NCBI GenBank assembly: GCA_964016885.1
Contig: OZ024755.1
Coordinates: forward strand, 12,400,001 to 12,464,000
Source of the DNA: Eledone cirrhosa
Taxonomy: Eukaryota
DNA length: 64,000 nucleotides
Direction of reading: 5' to 3'
The first letter of the stretch is position 1. Each line of letters starts with the position of its first letter. The notes below the pieces were generated by a model. It was not told the DNA's origin and did no database searches. It saw only the letters and a program-made list of their open reading frames with translations. This document shows, piece by piece, positions 52,701 through 64,000 of this stretch. The position numbers and the translations under genes were made by a program.

Positions 52701-53465
52701 AGATTTCTTGGCTGCTTTAATGATAGGGGTCCCCAATTCTAGCCAGTTATCGTTTTTAAAGTACACACGTATGTGTGTCATAAGAGGTTTAGTGAGTGGG
52801 TGTTTAAATATTAAGGGCTACAGTCATATGAAAAGCAACGTGAAATAAAGAGTCTAGCTCAAGAACACAACGCACCGACAAGTCCCTGCTATCGAACCAC
52901 GACCTTTACCTAGCCACAAGGCCCCAAACATTCACTCAGCTATAGGTGAAACTGTAAATGATGTTAACACTGCCTCAACGAAATAAGACCGTCGATTGTC
53001 CTAACATGTGAACAAAACACTGAAAATATATCGTTAATCCACACACTGATTCACATCCCTATATTCCGTAAACCAACCACAGACCCACGCCAACCACTGG
53101 TATGACAAAGACAGACTATTAATGTGATAACTGAACACATTTTGTCTCACTGAATCTCTGAGATTTTGGGGTACACGTGCCTGTGAAATGTTTAGATAGC
53201 TGCATGTTAATTTTACGAGCAGGTTTCTTCGTTGATCAAACAACTGGAACACTCACCATCGTAACCGACGGAGATCCCACACACACATGTTAACACTAAC
53301 TCAACTATGCAGATGTGTTATATAAGAAGAATTACACACCATTACTTAACAAGATACAACTCAATTTCCGTATTGAATGAATACTCTCTGGATCCGACCG
53401 TGATTTGATTAATACGAATTAGTCCGAAACTCTTCTAGGTTTTCATACGAAAATATACAAGTGTG

Positions 53466-53504
<39 letters not shown>

Positions 53505-54086
53505 GTGTATGTAAGCATATGCGTGCAGGTACGCGTGCGTGTGTGCATATATTTGTATGAACATGTACAGGCGTATATAATTGTACAATATTGTGTGTGC
53601 ACGTTTGTTTGTACGTGCATGTGTATACATTTGTATGTACGAGCTGGCATATGATAGTATGTACATGTAAACGAGCGCTTGTGTGAAGGCATGGATATGT
53701 ACGCATATATCATCCTTTGATTTAGATCGTGTGCGTGTGTGTGCGTGTGTGCGTGTGTGCGCGCATATGTGTGTGTATCTTCCTTTGTTTTAATCATCTC
53801 AGTCAAGGACATAACACAGTACTGCTGTTATTTACACGTAGACACACGAATACATCAACAACAGAGCCTCTACATGGTTTTCGACCTGTTAGAAATAGCA
53901 GGCAAATGTCCCTCAGTCCATGTCTTAAAGAACGATTCATAAGTTGATATGGTGTAATATACAAATGGACCTGATGCTTACGGTTGAAACATTGTTTATC
54001 GTAGAAAAGAATATAAAATAGTAGTATTTCCTTTGTTCATACTACACGACTACCACAACTGGTTAAAGTGTAAACATATATGTACC

Positions 54087-54126
<40 letters not shown>

Positions 54127-54154
54127 TGATAAAATTTGCTCCGAACGAATTACC

Positions 54155-54245
54155 CGTGTCTGAAGAAACCTGCAGCCGTAGAATCAGCCAGATCCATACA
54201 GGGACCATGTCTCGAGCTACCTGCCGGCGAAACAATTGTAACACG
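54155..54245 (+). ncRNA. Type I hammerhead motif with a roughly 60-nt stem II region
   Basis: cgtgt-CTGAAGA-[62 nt]-GAAA-caattg-TA^acacg, followed by AATAAA; the element is flanked by (TA)n. Confidence 0.68.
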
Positions 54246-55349
54246 CAATAAATTGAGTCCAGATGCATCACTGATTTTTCGTTTTCTTTATACTATCTAC
54301 ACTCTACTCTGCTGAATATTGAGTACTAATTTTGGCATACCGCCTATGGAAGCACCATAACTACCATTATACACAAGTATATATATATATATATATATAT
54401 ATATAAGACATGCATGCACATTAGCACGTATATACATACGCACGTACGTACATATACACGTACATACATACATTAGTGGTTAGTGATAGTAAGGACGTCG
54501 AATCGAAGATAACCTGCCAAGCAGAAGGTTGAAAGGATGTTTCAGTTGTATTAAAGACATGACAGCCTCCCTAGAACAGGAGCTATGAAAATGCACCTAT
54601 TCAACTCCTGCTAGTAGAAAAAAAACAGACAAGATGATGATAAATGGAAAGGAACTGATCAGCAGATCAGACCAAGAAAACTATGTTAGTAATATCAAAC
54701 AGGCGAGACGCCTGGCAGAAGCAATGGAAGGACTTATTTTTCCATTCCGAGAGATTCTCCACTAACAGAAATGAAGTCCTTGAGGCAATTTTGTTTCATT
54801 GATTAACTTGGCGAATTCAGAGTTTGATTGTGTTATTTTCTTTGCTTCATCAACAACTAGCTTTAGAATTCCTGCATACTTCAATCGTATATCCCGATAA
54901 TATATTCTGGTTGGTTTAGCAAACAATAATTTCTTTTTATAATGTGCTGTGCATAGATGACGTTATGTAAGGGGAAGTCTTGATAATATTTTGTATTTCT
55001 ATGATAAAGTCTGTCTCGAGCCCAGATGCTCAACAGGCCGGTGCTTACCTCGGTTTCCATGGCTCGAAGCTACTGAGAGTACAAGACTTTCCTCTGGACA
55101 GTACACCAATCCATCGCAGTGTTCAAAACCCCAACTATTGCTGGCAGTTATTTTCAGGTTAATATACTGGAGCAAAGCGAAATGACGTGTTTTTGTTGCA
55201 GAACACAACATACAAACTAGTCTAGGAATCGAACCCACGACATAATGATTGTAAGTCCAACACCTTTACCACTAGGCCACATGCTAGTGTATACAAAATT
55301 GTATTTTCTTCCATTACGATTCACTCTGCTCCAATCCCGTTATGCTTGC

Positions 55350-55436
55350 TTATTTTAAAATAAATCCAGCATGCTTCTATTTTTCGTATTTCAATTTCTT
55401 TTGGCAGCCAAGATTCTACTCCGTATGTTAGTCGAA
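55350..55436 (-). mobile_element. LINE (RTE-like) RT C-terminal remnant
   Basis: Minus-strand peptide RLTYGVESWLPKEIEIRKIEACW matches the L.YG.E.W motif. Confidence 0.6.
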
Positions 55437-57920
55437 ATCTCATATGATTCAAGTTTCCTTAGCCAGGCCTAACTATTGGCTTCCTTTTTACCGCGGGTGT
55501 GTGTAACAACAGCTATACCATGTAGGATAAGTTAACGATGTGGACTAAGGTTTCTTTATAATTAATGGTTTCAAGGATATTATCTGATATGGCTGCATCC
55601 ACTGCACAGGGGAAAGGTCAATTACTTGCAGCTGTCAATGCACACACAATATAGACTATCTCTGTATGCGTGAACACACATACAGTATATTGAGAGAGGG
55701 GGAGAAAGAGATGCATACACACACATACATTATATATATATATATATTCACGTGCTCATATATCTAACTAACTTTATATTATATATTTGAAACTACAACT
55801 TCAGAAATTGTAGCTCGGTTTAACTAGCTATAAAAATGTTATCGTAAACAAGGATAGCGAGTCTCGGGGTATTTTAGAAATAATTAATCATCGAAAATCT
55901 TCACACACACGAGTCAAATGTGTGTGTGTGTGAAAAGTAAATGGAAACAAACCAAAAAATACAGTACTATATATATATATATATATATAGGTCAACATAC
56001 ATTACGGTCAGATCCACCACCACCACAAAGTCTTACAGTCATCACAGCCACCGCCACTTCGTGTAAATATGTCTATAGCTGTGACTATCGTTAAGTATCT
56101 GCCATTTATATATCCTCGCCTGGGGACACTAATGTTAAGAGCCCCCACAAAGCTAGTTATTGAAACTATCGCTTTAAAACACTGCCAATAGTATTCCGAA
56201 AATCATGGGATTCACAACATCTTTTTTTCGATTTTTGTCTAAATCTTGCCCCAAGATAAACAATGGCGAGCAGATAGATAAACCTAAGAACATTCAGGAA
56301 AAGGTGGAACACCCAAGATTACTTCAGATAAAATAAACTAATCTATTGAAAACATCAAACGTCAGGTTGCTTTCCACTTAGTTTCGTACTTCACTACTGA
56401 GTTTCTCACCCTTTCTGTCCTCCACCTTAACTTCGCTTACCTATCAGATATGGAAAGTAAACAAAGAGTTCTCAGTACGTTATCGAAAGGGTAAGGTCTT
56501 CAAAGAAGCCACACAGTGGGTGCTGGGAGGCAGATCTATATCCTACCAGGTCGTCTTGGTTGACTATCGCAATACATAGAGATCACAGAATATAGTTAGA
56601 GTTCACTTTTTTTTATATATAAAATGAATTGGGGTGAGATAAAACAGTATCTCGACAACGCTAGTTGACTTCTTCCTTGACTGGCATACATACAGTTTAT
56701 GACATCAATCTAGATTATGTTCAGTTGCTAACCGCATTGAGCGATGTGGGAAAGTACGGTATAAATGAGTAAGATACAAATTTACAATACTTCAGTCAAT
56801 ATCACCAATATTTCTTTAAAAAAAATTTAAAAAAATTTCATTTTGTTAAATAAAATAATTCTTAACCTGAACATTTGAATTGTAGATATAAAGGACGATG
56901 TAGCACTTATCTTAATGAAGCAAATTTAACCGTTTTCTTACCACGATTCTCTACACTGCCTATGGCTTTCAAATAATTTTGAAAATGATCACCAGCTTGG
57001 AGGGATTTAGTAACATAACTAACTCCCTCATTAAAATTGATTTTGAAACATAATTTAATCGTTCTTACATAAAATTATGAAGGAAATGTTTTAGATAGAT
57101 ATAAACACTTCCCTTAGGCTGATACAGATCACAGATGGAAAATTTAATGATAGTTTTGAAACCTGTTCTTTTCTTTATCATATCACGATATAATACTGGT
57201 AAGACGACGAAACAGCGATGTAGCCTCTACGAGTTCACTTGACCTGCTAGAAATAGTAGCCAAATACCCGTCTTACAGCGGCAAATAGTTTATGCATCGG
57301 ATTAAACACCTTGGTATTTGTTTCAGCTCATATCAATCCATAATCAATTATAGCCGAGAGGAGCATATTATTCTTCATATCACGATCAACCGTCTTGAAA
57401 AGTGAAAATCTCAGATATATTTTAACTGAAAAAATATAAGATTAGCCACACGTAGAATGTTTTTCATCGAAAGTCTTTGTTGACCTAGGGTTAAACAACA
57501 ATATCAACTGACAAGAAGATAATGCTTTATTTACTACTTTACTGTCAGGTCTAAATTACTTATTAACCTTATCTAGAATTTAATTAAGACACTCAGCAAA
57601 CCCTTTCAGTGTTTAATCTAAGACCAGAACTAAAATTTACGATGTTATGAATTCAAACGAAACACAGTTGTTTAAACAGTTATTAAAATATTAAACTGTT
57701 TATATTTCTTTGAAATAATAAAAGCCATACGCTCGGATGTGTTCCAAATTTGAAACTATTTAGTAAAAGAACAAAATAAATATTAAAAAAAATTATATAT
57801 TTTGTTTTAATTTCCAAAAGAGGTTGTTTTGAAATATGTGTCAAACGGATGTTTTTATTTGATTTGCCTGAAATAAAACCGTCCTTAGTTTAACCCTTTT
57901 GTTACCACATCGCCGAGAAA

Positions 57921-58128
57921 GTGTGTGGCTTAGTGGTTAGAGTGTTCAGCTTACGATCCTTGGACTGGATGGTGTGTTGTGTCTTTGATCAAAATACTTT
58001 ATTTTACCTTGACCAAATCCACTCATCTGTACCTGTAATTCAAGGGACCAACCTTGTCACACACACTGTCACGCTGAAACTGAAAACTGTGTTAAGGATG
58101 CACATGTCTGAAATGCTCAGCAATTTCG
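57921..58128 (+). mobile_element. SINE family B
   Basis: gtgtggcttagtggttagagtgttc head and shared body blocks. Confidence 0.7.
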
Positions 58129-60097
58129 AGGATTCAGGGATAGAAGACGCCAGATATTTCCAAAGCTAAGGATCTAGCGGAGAGTGGCCAGTAATGTGTC
58201 AGCTTGTGATATTTAAAATGTCTAGCAGCGAAGCCGTTTGTCTGGCACTGATTTGACCAAGCTGCCTCTGAAGAGAGTATTTTTGCAAGTCACATACCAG
58301 ATGGCGGTGGGGGACACATTGGAACGGGAAGATTGTAAAGCCTTCTAACCTTGCTGGTACCCATCCGTGTCGAAGCCACGTTTAACGATCCCATTGAGAG
58401 TGTCATGTCGAAGAAAGCGGCTGGTTCTGAGTCGGTATGACAGCGGTTGGAGCTGAACTGGAGCTAAAGGCCAGCTAAAAGAACTTGATACAAAGAACAG
58501 CAGTTTTATCTAGATTTGCTTGTCTATATATATTCTTGTAAGATTAGGCTGGAGAGCTGTCGCTGGGATGGCGAGATATAAGTACTTGACGAACCAGTTC
58601 GCAAACGGATTTCGATTTCCAGTAGAGTTTTCTTTCACTTACGTTTTCATTGTATTTAGTAAAAGAGCCTGAACGCCACAGCTTCATATATCGTCTCCGG
58701 TATGAACATGAAGCGTTATGCACATGTAGCGGTAACATTGTCATTGAAAACTTTAGTAGGTTCCGCAGTGCAATGATTTCTTCGTTAGGCCAACCTGATC
58801 TAATTTCAGCCACCCGCTGTGTTTATGTGCGCGTAAAAATAATAAAAATAAAAAAGATAAAAGAAATAACGAGTGTTATGACAACATTAATGCTTTGCCG
58901 AGCGTTTCAACTCAAAGAAACAACAACAGCATAAAAAACAAAACACGCAAATCAACAGATTTAAGAAATAGGCTAAACCACTTTAGCAGCTTTAAGAAGT
59001 ATAAGGCTAAAGAAAGTTTTTTTTAAATGATCAGTTTGTTGTGAAAGAAAGCATAATAATCACTATACTGTGTTATGTCTCCTGATTTCCACACACACAC
59101 ACAATAGGTATACATCGAAGTTGTAGCCGAAATATAGCAGATATCAATCGAATTATATAGGCAGTCACAAAGGACTCAATGGTGCGAAAAGTTCGTCCAG
59201 AGTAAACACAAAGCTAAGAAAATGTGACATCAAGAAATAAAGCGATTAAATCTATTGTGGCTATAGTTTGTACCACGATAAATACAAACTGATCGAAGAC
59301 TAGCCTAGATCATCTCGTATAGATAATCGATAGAAATCGATGAAAGTCGTCAAGAATTTTAAGGGATTTAATTTCCTCGTTATTAAACTGATGTTTGGAC
59401 GTGACAAAAATTCTTGCATAGAATTATGATGGACCCTTTCATAACCATATGTCTAATGGAAGGAAGTCACAGCCTATGGTCTTCACTTAATTTTGAAAAT
59501 AATCAAAATTTTTAGAGATTATGTAATATAATTATCTATCTCCTTAAACTAATGTCGGAACATAAAAGTTCTTACATAAAATCATTACATAAAATATAAA
59601 CACTTTAACACTTTCATAATCACATTTTCAATTAAATCTTTAAAAAAATAATCATTTTGAGTGATTTAGTAATATCGCTAACGCGATTTAGTAATATCGC
59701 TAACTTTCTCGCTAAGTGTATGAAACAATTTAAAGATTCTTACATACAATGATGATACATTTGAATGTGAATATAAACACTAAAACAAATGGCTTATAGT
59801 ACCAGAAATAGTTTGGTATCAACTAGGTTAATGAGATCTACCGACAGAAAACGGCACTAGATTCTTTAAACTCGGCTGCAGATTTTTATTTATATATTTA
59901 CATTTGTTTGGGTTGGATGGGGGATTTGTTGTATAATTAGTCTTATAATAAATATAAAAAAAGACCACCTTGCTGTGTAGAGATAGGCTTCTTTGTAGTT
60001 GGTGATCTAGTTTGGTAGACAAAACAAGAATAAATTGAAGATGTGTTAAAGTAGAAGACATATTCCATTTGTGCGTATATATTCCATGTGCGTATAT

Positions 60098-60146
<49 letters not shown>

Positions 60147-60225
60147 CATACATACATACAAACACATATATATATACATACATACGTATACACATGGAAT
60201 ATCTACACATCTATACACACAAATG

Positions 60226-60265
<40 letters not shown>

Positions 60266-60481
60266 TATGGGCATATGCATACATATACATATGTATGTGT
60301 GTGTGTGTATATATATATATTATTGGAAAACAGTTGAAAATGTATAGATTGTAACATCAAAAAACTAGGAAAGCTATCTGAAGTTCTTTTATTTTTTATG
60401 AGAATCAGATGATGCATGAATTATCTTGGGGAATTCAAATGATCGTATAGAATAGATTCCTGTCAGAAACACAACAAAACG

Positions 60482-62160
<1,679 letters not shown>

Positions 62161-62629
62161 CATATATAAGAACAACAAATAGTTATCTCTTATTCAATTC
62201 ATACACACGTTTCCATGTGTGGAATATTTTTTCGATCAACAAATTACACATTTTTTTTACGTAATATGGAATTTATAAGACTGTTTAACTGAATCCCAGA
62301 AATTACCAACAGCGAGTGTGTGTGTATATGTTTCTGTGTGTGTCTGAATGTGTGTCTGAATGTGTGTGTGTGTGTATGCGCGCGCGAAAACATATACATA
62401 TACAGCAAAGCAGTGTGTAGATGAAAGTCAATGTGAAATCTGTATAGTAAAGTACAGCAAGTCCTCATTTAACAATCATTCACACGACCTTTATCGTAAC
62501 ACTGCCAAGACTATGTGTTGTGTATTGGGCCCCCAATATACCTCTGCTGTCCTACAGCTTATCGACCAGGGAGGTAAATCTACATCCAAGGACTTCAATT
62601 GTCAGAATTTGCAGTATTTGTTCCGGTTC

Positions 62630-62985
62630 TCTGCATTTTGAGTTCAAATCCCGCCGTAGTCAACTTTACTTTTCATTCTTCCGAGGCCGATAAAATAACG
62701 TCCCAGTCAGACCCTGGCGGTTGATTTAACCCCCTCCCCCTTTAACTACATGATAAACTGTTGGCATTGTGTCCAAATTAGAAACTTATTTTATGGTGGA
62801 TTGGCAGTATCGGTAGAGGGTCGGGCGCCATGCTTTGCAGCATAGTGTTATGGCCCTTTACGATCTGAGTTCAAATCCCGCCGAGGTAAACTTTGCCTTT
62901 TATCCTTACGGGGTCGATAAAAATAAAGTACCAGTAATACACTGGGATAATTGCTGACCTTGTGCCAAGAAGAAACAATTATTTT
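62630..62985 (+). mobile_element. Two tandem SINE family A copies (older partial, then younger full)
   Basis: B boxes at about 62640 and 62867; conserved bodies. Confidence 0.85.
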
Positions 62986-64000
62986 AAGAACAGCTTTTGC
63001 AAAAAATTAAAAACAGATTTACTTTGCGACCAGGTTAATGGCACCGTCTAATTCACTTTACGACCAGTTCAGTGGAATGGAACTTAAGCGTTAATTGAGA
63101 AGTTCCTTTACCGACAAATTCGTTGTACAACCAGATCGATGGAACGGCAGTTGATCGCTAATTTAAGCGTTCCTTTACCGACAAATTCCTTGTACAACCA
63201 GATCGATAAAACGGCAGTCGGTCGCTAATTTAAGAGAGGTTGTGGTAGGTAAGTGGAAGCCAATGTCATCACATAGAAAGAGAGATAGGTCAAAAATGAA
63301 TATTTTTGGCAAACTAACAGATCGTTAGTTGCCCCTAACGATATGATAGGAATGTTTGCCAACATCATTATGGTATGTAACACTTTATATTTATGCGAGT
63401 GAGTAAAAGAGAATAACAGAATCTTTATTATAATAACTGTATAACATTTTTTTGTCCGTCTGTCAAACTTCTAAATTCTCTGGCAACGGTGTGTGTGTGT
63501 GTATATATAGTTATAATAATATGATATGAACAAAGACCAAAAATCCAGAGGAGATTAGATAAGTGTTGTATGTGTATATATATTACAAAGGAATTGTGGT
63601 AAGGAACCAGATGGACCATAACGCACCAGAGTATTCAATACTTACGGTAGTAGAGTGGGAAATAGGAAAAAGCCCAGAAATAGCCGTCGAAACGGCTTGA
63701 GCTCTGCCGTCAGGATCATACTTTTTCCTATATATATATATAAAATGTGGGTGAGAATTTCGGGCCAAAGTGAACTGATTGTTCAGCTTGCATTGTAAGT
63801 GTAAACACACGCACCCCCTCTCTTTGATAAACATAGCTTTGTTAAAGGTTGGAGAAGAAAACGAATATTACTTATCATAAAATAGCAGTTTACGTTCAAG
63901 TATTGGTAATCAGAATTCTGCAAACGAACAAGTCATTTCGCCAATCAGAATGAGATCGAACACGAGTACTTGTGGCCTTATTTTTCTTTATTTCCTAATA

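Overview
Repeat-saturated, AT-rich eukaryotic DNA. The SINE families and microsatellite load look like an octopod cephalopod genome (inferred from remembered repeat consensus, not verified). The only convincing host coding sequence is two minus-strand exons (15329-15794 and 5034-5136) of an SLCO/OATP organic anion transporter (SLCO4A1-like) that splice in frame. Its N-terminal exon and downstream exons are not recognisable in the window. Nearly all other ORFs in the track are microsatellite or low-complexity artefacts. The rest consists of tRNA-derived SINEs (two main families), LINE remnants (Tx1/L1-type zf-RVT end, RTE), hAT, Tc1-mariner and piggyBac-type MITEs, minisatellites and (TA)n/(CA)n/(GA)n tracts. 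The most striking signal is about 20 short, sequence-diverse elements lodged in (TA)n tracts, often as head-to-head palindromes. They carry type I minimal hammerhead-ribozyme motifs (CUGANGA...GAAA-palindromic loop-UH), usually followed by AATAAA. In at least five unrelated families the ribozyme is followed by a covarying RCTC-[stem-loop]-(TT)-GAGYRCT hairpin. This resembles Penelope-like-element pseudo-LTRs or retrozyme-type non-autonomous retroelements. All folds were done by eye and ribozyme activity is untested.
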